Below, piece after piece: positions 37,300 to 48,099 of a DNA stretch of 64,000 bases. Made by a program: the position numbers and the translations under genes. Location: NCBI GenBank assembly GCA_963749705.1, contig CAVVNQ010000003.1, positions 480,001 to 544,000 on the forward strand, read 5' to 3'. Below the pieces are notes generated by a model, which had not been told where the DNA came from, did not search any database, and saw only the letters and a list, made by a program, of their open reading frames with translations. The first letter of the stretch is position 1. Each line of letters starts with the position of its first letter. The stretch comes from an uncultured Chloroflexia bacterium. Its GTDB lineage: Bacteria; Chloroflexota; Limnocylindria; Limnocylindrales; CSP1-4.

Positions 37300-37403
37300 G
37301 GTCCGGAGTCTACCGATCGCGTCGGGTTCGTCGCCCATCGCACGCGCAGGCGCCCCGGGCGACAATGGAGCCTGACCTTGCGTCCGCTCGCCGGAGAAAC
37401 CCG

Positions 37404-38447
<1,044 letters not shown>

Positions 38448-38497
38448 GCCGCCGCGCGGCCTGACCCCGAGGCGACTGGGACGCTAGGCTGCGCCAG

Positions 38498-40384
38498 GTG
38501 ACCGCCCGCGATCGCTCCATCGCCGCCATCGTCGACACGTTCGTCCCCGCGGCCGAGGGGCTGCCGTCCGCGAGCGAGCTGGGCGTCCACCGGCGCCTGC
38601 TCGAGGAGGTGGCGGCGCTCGGCCGGCCATCGCTCCGGATCCAGCTCGACCTGCTGCTGCGGGCCATCGACTCGCGGGCCGGCGGTCTTGCCATCGGTGG
38701 GCGGCCGGTCCGGTTCGCCGATCTCGGCCAGGAGGGCCGGGAGCGATACCTGCGGCGGATGGCCGCCAGCCCGATCGCGCTCAAGCGGACCGCGTTCCAG
38801 GACCTCAAGCGCCTGACCCTCCTCATCGCCTACGGGCTCGAGGACTCGCCGTGGCGGGCCCGGGCAGGGTTCGTGCCACCGCCGCCCGATCCCGCCAGCC
38901 CGAGCCGCGTCAACGTCCGGACGCCGGCCGCCGGCGAGGTGATCGACGCAGACGCGGTCGTGATCGGCTCGGGGGCGGGCGGCGGGGTGGCCGCCGCGAT
39001 CCTGGCGGCCGCGGGCAGGAAGGTGATCGTCCTCGAGCGAGCCGCGATGGTCACCGAGGCGGACTTCGGCGGACCGGAGCTGGCCGGTCTGGGGGCGCTG
39101 TTCCTCGATCGCGGCCTGACCGCGACCACGGATCGGTGGATCTCGATCCGTGCCGGCAGCGCGGTCGGTGGCGGCACCGTCGTCAACTGGAGCACGTCGC
39201 TGCGCGCCCCGGCCGCGGTCCGCGACGAGTGGCGCGTGGCCGGGATCGACGACCTCGACGAGCACTACGCGGCGATCGAGGCCGACATCCACGTCACCAC
39301 CGACGAGAGCCCGGTCAACGGGCCGAACGGCCGGCTCGCCGCCGGGCTCGACGCCCTGGGCCTGCCCCGAATCGTGGTCCCCCGGAACGTGCGCGGCTGC
39401 GGTGACTGCGGCCCGTGCGCGGTCGGCTGCCGCCGGGGCGCCAAGCAGTCGACGCTGCGGACGTCGCTCGTCGCTGCCTGTGATCACGGTGCCGAGATCC
39501 TCGATCGGTCCGACGTCCGCCGGATCCTCGTGGACCGGGGGCGTGCGACCGGGGTCGTCGCGCGCGTCCCGGGCGGCGAGGTGACCGTGCGCGCGCCGCT
39601 GGTCGCGCTCGCTGGCGGAAGCATCCTGTCGCCCGCCGTGCTCCTCCGCTCCGGGATCGCCACGGGGACCGCGGGTCGTGGGCTGCACATCCACCCGGTG
39701 TCAGCGCTCGGCGCGATCTACCCGGATTCCCTGAACCCGTGGTCGGGCGTGCCCCAGAGCGTGATGAGCGACGCCTACGCCGAGATCGACGGGACCTGGG
39801 GCTTCCGCCTCGAGGCCGCGCCGACCCATCCGGGGCTGATCGCCACGGGGTTCCCGTGGTGGAGCAGCGGCGACCACCGCGACCTGATGACCCAGTGCGA
39901 CCGCGTGGCGGCGTTCCTCGCCATCGTCCGCGACCGGACCACCGGGCGGGTCACGCTGGCGCGCGACGGCGGGGTGGCGATCCACTATGCGCCGGACGCG
40001 GCGGACCGGGACCTGCTGCGCCGCGGATCGCTCGAGGTCGCGAGGATCCACCGCGCCGCCGGCGCGCGCCGGATCATCCCGCTGCTCACGCCGCCGCTCG
40101 ACTGGCACGAGGGCGAGCCGTTCGACGCCTGGCTGGACGCGCTTGCGCGGCGCCCGATCGAGTCCAACCGGATCCTCCTGTTCTCAGCGCACCAGATGTC
40201 CAGCTGCCGGATCGGGACCAGCCCGCGCGACAGCGTCGCCGACCCGGACGGGCAGGTCTACGGCGTGCGCGGCCTGTACGTGACGGACGCCAGCGCGATG
40301 CCGACGGCGTCGGGCGTCAACCCGATGCTGTCGCTGATGGCGCTCGCCCGACGCACGGCGCTGCGGATGGTCGCGGGCACGTAA
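38498..40384 (+). CDS. GMC oxidoreductase (long-chain alcohol oxidase-like)
   Basis: IGSGAGGG, GGGTVVNW, RNVRGCGDCGPCAVGC, SAHQMSSC and GVNPM motifs. Confidence 0.88.
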   Translation: MTARDRSIAAIVDTFVPAAEGLPSASELGVHRRLLEEVAALGRPSLRIQLDLLLRAIDSRAGGLAIGGRPVRFADLGQEGRERYLRRMAASPIALKRTAFQDLKRLTLLIAYGLEDSPWRARAGFVPPPPDPASPSRVNVRTPAAGEVIDADAVVIGSGAGGGVAAAILAAAGRKVIVLERAAMVTEADFGGPELAGLGALFLDRGLTATTDRWISIRAGSAVGGGTVVNWSTSLRAPAAVRDEWRVAGIDDLDEHYAAIEADIHVTTDESPVNGPNGRLAAGLDALGLPRIVVPRNVRGCGDCGPCAVGCRRGAKQSTLRTSLVAACDHGAEILDRSDVRRILVDRGRATGVVARVPGGEVTVRAPLVALAGGSILSPAVLLRSGIATGTAGRGLHIHPVSALGAIYPDSLNPWSGVPQSVMSDAYAEIDGTWGFRLEAAPTHPGLIATGFPWWSSGDHRDLMTQCDRVAAFLAIVRDRTTGRVTLARDGGVAIHYAPDAADRDLLRRGSLEVARIHRAAGARRIIPLLTPPLDWHEGEPFDAWLDALARRPIESNRILLFSAHQMSSCRIGTSPRDSVADPDGQVYGVRGLYVTDASAMPTASGVNPMLSLMALARRTALRMVAGT

Positions 40385-40452
40385 CGGCCGCCCGGCGGGT
40401 GCGCCAAACTCGAGGGCACACACGCATCGCGGCGTGAGCGAGGAGGTTTCCC

Positions 40453-42039
40453 GTGTTCGTGCCCCTTTCGGTCCTCGAGTTTCGCGACCGGGCGGCCGCC
40501 TATTTCGGTGACAAGATCGGCGTCGTCGATGGCGACACCTCGCTCACCTATCGCGCGTGGGCCGAGCGGACGCACCGGCTGGCGAACGCGCTCGTCGGCC
40601 TCGGCGTGGTACCCGGCGATCGGGTCTCGTTCATCACCTACAACACCCATCACCTGCTCGAGGCCTACTTCGGCGTCCTGGAGGCCGGCGCGGTCCTCAA
40701 CCCGGTCAACATCCGGCTGGCGCCGCACGAGATCGCCTACATCCTCGACCACGCGGCCTCGCGGGTGGTGTTCTTCCACCGCGACTTCACCCCGCTGGTC
40801 GAGTCGATCGCGCCCCAGCTCTCGACGCGCCCGCGGTTCGTGGTGCTCGAGGGCGAGCCGGGCGGCGTGGCGGGGGACGAGTACGAGGCGCTGGTGTCGG
40901 GTGGCTCGTCAGAGCCCAGGCATCCACAGGTGGACGAGAACGCGATCGCCGAGCTGTTCTACACCAGCGGCACGACCGGGCTGCCCAAGGGCGTCGCGCT
41001 GAGCCAGCGATCGCTGTACCTGCACGCGCTCAACGCCCAGCTGTCGCTCCGGTTCGACGAGGACGACGTCGTCCTCCACGTGGTCCCGATGTTCCACGTC
41101 AACGGCTGGGGCGTGCCGCACTTCGTGACCATGATCGGCGGCCGCCACGTGATGCTCCGGAAGTTCGACCCGGTCGCGCTCATGGAGCAGGTCGAGCGCC
41201 ACCGGGTCACGCGCCTCCTCGGCGTCCCGGCCATCTTCAACGCGGTGCTGCACCACCACGACCGCCCGAACCACGACCTGTCGAGCCTCAGGCAGCTGAT
41301 CATCGGTGGCTCGCCGGCCTCGCCGGCCCTGGTCGGGGCGCTCGAGGAGCAGCTGGGCGTCCAGGCGATCGTCGGCTATGGCCTGAGCGAGACCAGCCCG
41401 ATCGTGACCCTCGCCCAGCCCCGGCGGGCCCTCGGGGAGACCGAGCCGCCGGAGCGCCGGCGCGAGCGCCAGGCGATGACCGGCTGGCCGATCCCCGGTG
41501 TCGCGGTTCGTGTCGTGGACTCGGCGGGCGGTGACGTCCGCCCCGATGCCGAGCAGATCGGCGAGATCGCCGTGCGCGGCAACACGGTGATGCTGGGCTA
41601 CTACCGCGATCCCGACGGGACGGCCGAGGCGATCCACGATGGATGGCTCCATACCGGCGACATGGCGACGCTCGATGAGGCGGGCTATGTCGTGATCAAG
41701 GACCGCTCCAAGGACGTGATCATCCGCGGCGGCGAGAACATCTCGTCGGTCGACGTGGAGAACACGCTGGCGGCGCATCCGGCGGTGCTCGAGTGCGCGG
41801 TCGTCGCAGCGCCGGACGAGAAGTTCGGCGAGGCGCCGGTGGCGATCGTGGTCCTCAAGCCCGGCGCGACGGCGACGACGGCCGAGCTACGGGCGCACTG
41901 CCGCGCGAACCTGGCCCGGTTCAAGGTGCCCCGCGAGTTCCACTTCCGCGATGCGCTGCCCAAGGGCGGCACGGGGAAGATCCTCAAGGCCGAGCTGCGC
42001 GAGCCGTTCTGGAAGGGGCTCGAGTCGCGGGTCCACTAG
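40453..42039 (+). CDS. Long-chain fatty acid--CoA ligase (AMP-binding)
   Basis: YTSGTTGLPKG, GYGLSET, WLHTGD and RGGENISS motifs; AGGAGG RBS. Confidence 0.92.
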   Translation: MFVPLSVLEFRDRAAAYFGDKIGVVDGDTSLTYRAWAERTHRLANALVGLGVVPGDRVSFITYNTHHLLEAYFGVLEAGAVLNPVNIRLAPHEIAYILDHAASRVVFFHRDFTPLVESIAPQLSTRPRFVVLEGEPGGVAGDEYEALVSGGSSEPRHPQVDENAIAELFYTSGTTGLPKGVALSQRSLYLHALNAQLSLRFDEDDVVLHVVPMFHVNGWGVPHFVTMIGGRHVMLRKFDPVALMEQVERHRVTRLLGVPAIFNAVLHHHDRPNHDLSSLRQLIIGGSPASPALVGALEEQLGVQAIVGYGLSETSPIVTLAQPRRALGETEPPERRRERQAMTGWPIPGVAVRVVDSAGGDVRPDAEQIGEIAVRGNTVMLGYYRDPDGTAEAIHDGWLHTGDMATLDEAGYVVIKDRSKDVIIRGGENISSVDVENTLAAHPAVLECAVVAAPDEKFGEAPVAIVVLKPGATATTAELRAHCRANLARFKVPREFHFRDALPKGGTGKILKAELREPFWKGLESRVH

Positions 42040-42153
42040 GCCGGCGCGACGGCGCCCGCACTTGCGGCGTCAGCGCATGGCGTAGACGCGCGCGTCGATC
42101 GCCTCGTAATGGTCGTACCGCTCGGTGAGCGGGCGCCCCCCGCGGGAGACGCG

Positions 42154-42477
42154 TCAGGCGGTGGTCGGGCTCGTCACCGTGGTCCGGCCGCGCTTCGCCG
42201 CCGCCTCGCGACGGTGCTTGACCACCAGCATGGACTTGCCCTCGGCGGCCTTGACGTCGATCGTCTTGCCATCGAGCAGGTCCGCCGCACTCGGCGCGAC
42301 GAGGGTGGACATCTTGCCGCCGTCGACGAGCCGGTCACCTTCCTCGGGGGAGCGAACGAAGGTGAGTGCCAGGCGCCCGGATCGGCGGATGAACCGGGGA
42401 AGCTCCTTCGCATCGATCCCGCGCTGTCCGCGAACCCGCTGCAGGTGATCGATGGCCTGGGTGGTGAGTCGAAGCAT
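42154..42477 (-). CDS. Small HesB/IscA-fold-like protein lacking cysteines
   Basis: MLRLTTQAIDHL...PEEGD...LVAPSAADLLDGKTIDV pattern; GGAGG RBS. Confidence 0.6.
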   Translation of the reverse strand: MLRLTTQAIDHLQRVRGQRGIDAKELPRFIRRSGRLALTFVRSPEEGDRLVDGGKMSTLVAPSAADLLDGKTIDVKAAEGKSMLVVKHRREAAAKRGRTTVTSPTTA

Positions 42478-42573
42478 TGGCGACCTCCGTATGCATGCTT
42501 GGGGCCGGACCTCGACGGCTGCCGACCGGCCGTGGACGGCGCGCGCGTGCGCCGACATCCCGCCTGTCTGTCC

Positions 42574-42597
42574 AATAGTAGCCCATAGGCTAGTATT
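42574..42597. promoter_or_regulatory. AT-rich 24-bp palindrome, candidate operator between the divergent HesB-like gene and mmuM
   Basis: AATAGTAGCC-CATA-GGCTAGTATT, one mismatch; overlaps a TACTAT -10-like box on the minus strand. Confidence 0.55.
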
Positions 42598-42725
42598 TGG
42601 TCCAGCCGAGCCCGAACGACACTCGAGATGCCGGCGCAGGCGGCAGCGTCGCGCAGCCCGAACGCGGCGTGGACCTCCGGTCCTCTCGCGCGACCCCGAA
42701 CGCCCCGGTGGGGCACGATGGCGTC

Positions 42726-43670
42726 ATGCACCCCGACCCCCTCGCTCCGTTGCTCGCCCGCGACGGTGTCGTCGTCCTCGATGGCGGGCTCGCGACGCAG
42801 CTCGAGGCGCAGGGCCATGACCTGTCCGACCGGCTGTGGTCCGCGACGCTGCTCGCGACCGTGCCGGAGGCGATCGTCGAGGCGCACCTGGCGTACTTCC
42901 GGGCGGGCGCGCGCGTCGCCACGACGGCCAGCTACCAGGCGACGTTCGAGGGGTTCGCCGACCGTGGCATCGACCACGATCACGCAGCCGAGCTGATGCG
43001 GCGAAGCGTGACCCTCGCCGCGCAGGCACGCGACCGCTACCGCACCGAGCTGGCCGCCGGCGGCGCGCCGGATCCCGGACCGCTCCTGGTCGCCGCCTCG
43101 ATCGGCCCGTACGGGGCGATGCTCGCGGATGGATCCGAGTACCACGGCCGGTACGGGCGCTCCGTCGACGAGCTGATGGCGTTCCACCGCGACCGGCTGC
43201 GGGTCCTGGCGGCTGAACCAGCCGACGTGCTGGCGATCGAGACGATCCCCGAGCTGGACGAGGCCGTGGCCCTCGCCCGGCTGCTGGACGAGGTCCCGGG
43301 GACCCCCGCATGGATCAGCTTCTCGTGTGCGGACGGCGCGCACCTGCGCAGCGGCGAGCCGTTCGAGGCGGCCGTGGCTGCGGTGGCCGGGTCACCGGCC
43401 GTCGTCGCGGTCGGCGTGAACTGCACGGCACCCGAGCACGTCACGTCGCTGGTGGGGCTCGCCCGCGGCGTCACGGCCAAGCCGATCGTGGTCTACCCCA
43501 ACAGCGGCGAGGGATGGGATGCGGCCGCGCGCCGCTGGACCGGCGCGGCATCCACGCGGGTCGATGGGGCCGCCGCGGCCCGGTGGCGCGCCGCCGGCGC
43601 CTCGCTGATCGGCGGCTGCTGTCGCGTGACGCCGGACCAGATCGCGCTGCTCGCCGCCTCGCTCGCATGA
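42726..43670 (+). CDS. mmuM: Homocysteine S-methyltransferase
   Basis: LDGGLATQLE, LWSA, SYQAT, SIGPYGAMLADGSEY, GVNC, YPNSGE and GGCCR motifs. Confidence 0.93.
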   Translation: MHPDPLAPLLARDGVVVLDGGLATQLEAQGHDLSDRLWSATLLATVPEAIVEAHLAYFRAGARVATTASYQATFEGFADRGIDHDHAAELMRRSVTLAAQARDRYRTELAAGGAPDPGPLLVAASIGPYGAMLADGSEYHGRYGRSVDELMAFHRDRLRVLAAEPADVLAIETIPELDEAVALARLLDEVPGTPAWISFSCADGAHLRSGEPFEAAVAAVAGSPAVVAVGVNCTAPEHVTSLVGLARGVTAKPIVVYPNSGEGWDAAARRWTGAASTRVDGAAAARWRAAGASLIGGCCRVTPDQIALLAASLA

Positions 43671-43760
43671 GCGCGCCGTTGGCGGGCGTCGCGTTGCACC
43701 GGGGCCGCGATCGGATCCCTCCGCCGCGCGGCATGACCACGTGACCACCCGCACCGAAAA

Positions 43761-43776
43761 CGTGACCTGTGTCACG
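43761..43776. promoter_or_regulatory. CRP/FNR-like box upstream of the lipoprotein gene
   Basis: aaaa-CGTGA-cctgtg-TCACG with a TAGGCT -10 at 43800-43805, placing the centre near -43. Confidence 0.55.
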
Positions 43777-43847
43777 AGGGCTGAACCCGCTCGCCGGGCT
43801 AGGCTGGGACATCGTCCGTTGCCGCCAGGGCCGAGCCAAGGAGATCG

Positions 43848-44513
43848 ATGGTGCACCGCCGCGTCCTCGCGGTCGCGATGACCCTGTTCGTCGCCGCCTG
43901 CGGATCGAGCGCTCCACCCGCAGCCACCGGGCCGGTATCCTCACCGCTCCCCGCCGGCACCTACACGTCCGCCGCGTTCCAGCCACCGGTCACGTTCACC
44001 GTGCCCGAGGGATGGGAGCTCGGGACCGACACGGCCGGGTACCTCGAGCTCCACCCCGCCGGCTCCGACCTCGTCGGGATCCACCTGTTCCGCGATGCCG
44101 TTGCGGCATCGCAGGATCCGGCCTGTCCGACGGCAGCCGAACCCGGGATCGGGACCACGTCCACGGACCTCGTGCTGTGGATGCGTAGCCTGGCCGGGCT
44201 GACGGTCAGCACGCCCGCGATGACGACCATCGGCGGCCTCCGTGGCACGTCGCTCGACATCGGGATCGCCCCCGGCTGGGCGAGCTCATGCCCGTTCGCG
44301 AACGGGCTGCCCACCGTGGCGTTGCTCGTCGGCGAGGCGAGCGGCCTGCGCTGGGTCGTCGCGGGCAATGAGCGGCTTCGGCTGCACATCCTCGACCTGC
44401 CCGGCGGCGGCACGGTGATCGTCGATGTCGACGCGTTCGACGGGACGCTGATGGACTCGCTCCTCAGCGCCGCCTCACCCGTCGTCAAGAGCCTCGAGTT
44501 CCAGGCGGGCTGA
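43848..44513 (+). CDS. Putative lipoprotein of unknown function
   Basis: Signal peptide with lipobox VAAC; AAGGAG RBS. Confidence 0.75.
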   Translation: MVHRRVLAVAMTLFVAACGSSAPPAATGPVSSPLPAGTYTSAAFQPPVTFTVPEGWELGTDTAGYLELHPAGSDLVGIHLFRDAVAASQDPACPTAAEPGIGTTSTDLVLWMRSLAGLTVSTPAMTTIGGLRGTSLDIGIAPGWASSCPFANGLPTVALLVGEASGLRWVVAGNERLRLHILDLPGGGTVIVDVDAFDGTLMDSLLSAASPVVKSLEFQAG

Positions 44514-44545
44514 TCGCCCGTCCGCCACGCGCGGATAATCCGCCG

Positions 44546-45301
44546 ATGACGCGGCCACGCGCACGCCGTTCCGGGTCCGGGCAGCAGGCCTCCGCGACGC
44601 CGCGGATCCTGGCGCTGATCCCCGCCCACGATGAGGCTCCGCGCATCGGACCGGTGATCACGGTCGCCCGACGCCACCTGCCGGTGCTGGTGGTGGATGA
44701 CGGCTCCGCCGATGACACCGCGGCCGTCGCCGAGGCTGCCGGCGCGACGGTCCTCCGCCAGCGGCCGAACCAGGGCAAGGGGGCCGCGTTGCGGGCCGGG
44801 TTCCGGCGTGCCCTCGACGATGGGTGGGACGCGGTGGTCACGCTCGACGCGGACGGCCAGCACGCGCCGGCCGAGATCCCGCGCCTGGTCACGAGGTTCA
44901 CCGAGCCCGTGGTGCCCGGACCTCGGCCGGAGCTGGTCATCGGCTGCCGCGACTTCGCGCAGATGCCCCTCGTGCGACGGCTGTCGAACACGCTGGGCGG
45001 CATGCTGTTCTCGTGGGCCGTCGGTCGCCGGATCCCGGACAACCAGTCGGGCTACCGGCTGGTCGGGCGGCGCCTGATGACCGAGATGGTCGGCAGCCGC
45101 GAGGCCGGCTTCGAGCTCGAGGTCGAGATGATCGCCGTCTGCCTCCGGCTGGGCTGGACCCTGGACTGGGCGCCGATCTCCACCATCTACACGGGCGGTC
45201 CGACCCACGTGCGCCCCCTGGCCCACCTTCGACACTTCGTGCGCGCGACCCGGGCGGCGCGCCGGATGGTGCGCGAAGGCCGCCGCACGACGGATCCGTA
45301 A
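44546..45301 (+). CDS. GT2 family glycosyltransferase (DPM synthase-like)
   Basis: IPAHDE, VDDGSADDT, NQGKGAA, LDADGQH and DNQSGYR motifs. Confidence 0.9.
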   Translation: MTRPRARRSGSGQQASATPRILALIPAHDEAPRIGPVITVARRHLPVLVVDDGSADDTAAVAEAAGATVLRQRPNQGKGAALRAGFRRALDDGWDAVVTLDADGQHAPAEIPRLVTRFTEPVVPGPRPELVIGCRDFAQMPLVRRLSNTLGGMLFSWAVGRRIPDNQSGYRLVGRRLMTEMVGSREAGFELEVEMIAVCLRLGWTLDWAPISTIYTGGPTHVRPLAHLRHFVRATRAARRMVREGRRTTDP

Positions 45302-45404
45302 GGCAACTTCACCCCACGTCCACCCGCAATGAAGGCCGAGGCGTCATGCTGAAGTCCGCGCCGGCCGTATCGGCGCGCGCGCCACACCGCCCAAATGGAC
45401 CCGA

Positions 45405-46799
45405 ATGACCGAACCCGGACCCGATCCGCAACACGATCCCACCGAGCCCGCCACCCCGGCTACGCCGGCCGTCACCAATGCTGCCCCGGAGCCCACGCCC
45501 GCTGCCGGCCCTCCGCCGCCGCCGTTCGTGCCGCCGTCCCGGCTCGGAACGCGACGGACGACCACATGGATCGCGGCCTTCCTGGCGCCCGTGCTGGCCG
45601 TTTCCCTGTTCCTCGCAGGTGCCGGAGCGGAACGGTCAGGCTGGTTCGGCGACTCCGGTACTGTCGCGCCCACCGCATCGCCGTCCGGCAGCGCTGCCGA
45701 GCTCGCGCTGATCGAGGAGGCATGGCGCGACCTCCACGAGCATTACGTGGACGCCAGGAACCTCGATGACCAGGCCCTCGCCTACGCTGCGATCAGCGGC
45801 ATGACCCAGGCGGTCGGCGACGTGGGACACACCTCGTTCCTCACCGCCGCTGAGGCAAAGGCGTCGGACCAGTCGCTGTCGGGCACGTTCGTGGGGATCG
45901 GCGTCCGGGTGAGCGGGGAGACGGGCGCCGTCACGATCGCGTCGATCATCCCCGGCACGCCGGCGGCCGACTCGGGCCTCCGGCGCGGCGACCGGATCGT
46001 GGCCGTGGACGGGAAGTCGACCGAGGGAGAGACGGTCGACCAGGTCGTCACCCGCGTGCGAGGGCCCGAGGGCGAGGCCGTCACGCTCACGATCGCCCGG
46101 GCAGGGATCCCGAACTTCGACCTCACGATCACGCGCCGCAAGTTCGACCTTCCCCTGGTGAGCTGGGCGATGGCGCCCGGGACGACCGTTGCCGTGATCC
46201 GGCTCGACCAGTTCGCCACCGGCGCCACCAAGGGCATCCAGGACGCGATCACGAAGGCCAAAGCGGCGGGTGCCACCGCGCTGGTCCTCGACCTGCGCGG
46301 CAATCCGGGCGGCTACGTCAGCGAGGCGATCGGGGTGACCAGCCAGTTCGTGGGTGACGGGATCGTCTACCGGGCGATCGACGCGAGCGGCAAGGAGAAG
46401 GACTCGCCCGTCGAACCGGGCGGTCTCGCCACGCATATCCCCCTCGTCGTACTGGCCGACGGCGGCACGGCCAGCGCGGCCGAGATCGTGACCGGGGCGA
46501 TCCAGGATGCCGGCCGGGGCAAGGTCGTGGGCGAGAAGACGTTCGGGACCGGGACCGTCCTCGGGCGGTTCGACCTCGCGGACGGCTCGGCGCTGCGGAT
46601 CGGCGTCGAGCGCTGGCTCACGCGGGCGGGTCGACCGATCTGGCACGAGGGCCTGGTTCCGGATGTGACGGTCGCCCTGGCCGCCGATGCCCAGCCCGTC
46701 GGGCCGGACGAGCTCCGGGACATGACGCCAGCGCAGCTCGCGGCGTCGGGCGACACACAGCTGCGCAAGGCGCTCCAGCTGGCCGAGGGCGAGGGCTGA
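45405..46799 (+). CDS. ctpA: S41 carboxyl-terminal processing protease with PDZ domain
   Basis: FVGIGV PDZ, LDLRGNPGG, TASAAE and TFGTG motifs; N-terminal TM. Confidence 0.88.
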   Translation: MTEPGPDPQHDPTEPATPATPAVTNAAPEPTPAAGPPPPPFVPPSRLGTRRTTTWIAAFLAPVLAVSLFLAGAGAERSGWFGDSGTVAPTASPSGSAAELALIEEAWRDLHEHYVDARNLDDQALAYAAISGMTQAVGDVGHTSFLTAAEAKASDQSLSGTFVGIGVRVSGETGAVTIASIIPGTPAADSGLRRGDRIVAVDGKSTEGETVDQVVTRVRGPEGEAVTLTIARAGIPNFDLTITRRKFDLPLVSWAMAPGTTVAVIRLDQFATGATKGIQDAITKAKAAGATALVLDLRGNPGGYVSEAIGVTSQFVGDGIVYRAIDASGKEKDSPVEPGGLATHIPLVVLADGGTASAAEIVTGAIQDAGRGKVVGEKTFGTGTVLGRFDLADGSALRIGVERWLTRAGRPIWHEGLVPDVTVALAADAQPVGPDELRDMTPAQLAASGDTQLRKALQLAEGEG

Positions 46800-46815
46800 C
46801 GCCCGACTGAATCAG

Positions 46816-46842
46816 AACGACCGCCGGGATCCGGCGGTCGTT
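46816..46842. terminator. Hairpin, probable bidirectional terminator between convergent genes
   Basis: AACGACCGCCGG-gat-CCGGCGGTCGTT, perfect 12-bp stem 16 nt after the ctpA stop. Confidence 0.7.
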
Positions 46843-46877
46843 GGTTGACGCGGGGTTCTGGGTGCGCAGCCGAACGG

Positions 46878-47087
46878 TCAGCCGCGCTCGAGCCGGGACG
46901 CCGCCACGTGGCGGCTCCAGTCACTCGTCCGTCCATCGGGCGATGCCGAGCTTCCGACCCAGCCGCAGACGCAGGTGACTTCCTGGCTGCGATGGCGATA
47001 CTCGGCGATCACGTGCTTGCGCTCATCGGCCGGCGGAGCCGGTCGTCGAGGGGGCAGCCCCGTAGCGGGACGTGTGACGTCGGCCAT
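46878..47087 (-). CDS. Small hypothetical protein with H...CxC...H putative zinc finger
   Basis: KHVI...TCVCGW...WSRHV; starts 5 nt after the upstream stop. Confidence 0.5.
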   Translation of the reverse strand: MADVTRPATGLPPRRPAPPADERKHVIAEYRHRSQEVTCVCGWVGSSASPDGRTSDWSRHVAASRLERG

Positions 47088-47092
47088 GAAGC

Positions 47093-47479
47093 TCAGGCCC
47101 GGCGCTGGGCGAAGCAGGAGCTGCAGTAGACCGGCTTGCCCGAGGTCGGCCGGAACGGCACCTCGGTCTCCTGCCCGCAGGACGAGCAGGTTGCGGGGAA
47201 CATCTCGCGCGGGCCGCGGCTGCCGCCGCCGCGCGAGCCGTAGCCGCCACCGCCACCGGAGCCGTAGCCACCGGAGCTGTAGCCACCGCCGGCGCTGTAG
47301 CCGCCGCCGGCGCTGTAGCCGCCGCCGTCCGCGTTGCGGGCAGCCTTGCGGCTGGCGCGACAGGACGGGCAGCGACGCGGCTCCGTGAAGCCACGCTCGG
47401 CATAGAAATCCTGCTCGCTGGCAGTGAAGGTAAAGGCCTGGCTGCAGTCAGCACAGGTGAGCGTCTTATCGACGTTCAT
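47093..47479 (-). CDS. Zinc-ribbon plus CxxC-x17-CxxC domain protein with Gly/Tyr-rich linker
   Basis: DKTLTCADC...FTASEQDFYAERGF...PRRCPSCR; REMFPATCSSCG...VPFRP...PVYCSSCF. Confidence 0.92.
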   Translation of the reverse strand: MNVDKTLTCADCSQAFTFTASEQDFYAERGFTEPRRCPSCRASRKAARNADGGGYSAGGGYSAGGGYSSGGYGSGGGGGYGSRGGGSRGPREMFPATCSSCGQETEVPFRPTSGKPVYCSSCFAQRRA

Positions 47480-47594
47480 CGAGATCCACATCCTCGTGGT
47501 TTGCGACGGTTTCCGCGATCTTCCTCGGCGGAATCCGGGAGGGAGTGGATCGAGTCGGCCGTACTAGGCTCGCCCTACGGTGGGGCGTCGAACG

Positions 47595-47623
47595 AGCATA
47601 CGCCATAAATGCCCCCCCGCCAA
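47595..47623 (-). promoter_or_regulatory. Sigma70-type promoter for the CxxC-x17-CxxC gene
   Basis: TTGGCG-N17-TATGCT on the minus strand, implying a 5' UTR of about 110 nt. Confidence 0.6.
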
Positions 47624-47673
47624 GGTATGGATTTCCGCCCGCGAGCGTCGCCCGGGGGCCTGGCCGGGCGCGG

Positions 47674-48021
47674 TCAGCGCTTCGCGGGCAGCGACGCCGC
47701 GAACGCGATCGCGCGGGAGACCCAGGTGTCGAGCGCGGCGTCGTCATGGATCATGTCCGGCGGCAGCGTCGCGTAGCCGGTCATCGTGCGGCCCGGCATC
47801 GGGCTGAACGGCTTCGCGCCGGGCAGCTCGAGCACCGCCTCGAGGTCTTCAGGGCCGAGGCGGACCGTCCAGGCGTCGGCGAACAGGTTGGTCGCGAGAT
47901 TGCCGCCCACGAACAGGGCCGGGTAGCCGAACATCTTCCGGCGCTGGGCCTGGCCGAACCTGCCCGCGACCTCGTCGAAGCGGGCGATGAGCTCCGGTGG
48001 CGACTTCTCGAACGACGGCAT
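47674..48021 (-). CDS. TfoX/Sxy family protein
   Basis: RRKMFGYPALFVGG, PFSPMPGRTMTGY and LPAK motifs; GGAGG RBS. Confidence 0.85.
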   Translation of the reverse strand: MPSFEKSPPELIARFDEVAGRFGQAQRRKMFGYPALFVGGNLATNLFADAWTVRLGPEDLEAVLELPGAKPFSPMPGRTMTGYATLPPDMIHDDAALDTWVSRAIAFAASLPAKR

Positions 48022-48099
48022 GGTGGTCGCCTCCTGCGCGACGGCACGCTGGATCGCGGTTGTATCGCTGGAGGATACGCGCCCGACCGCGGGCCCCGG

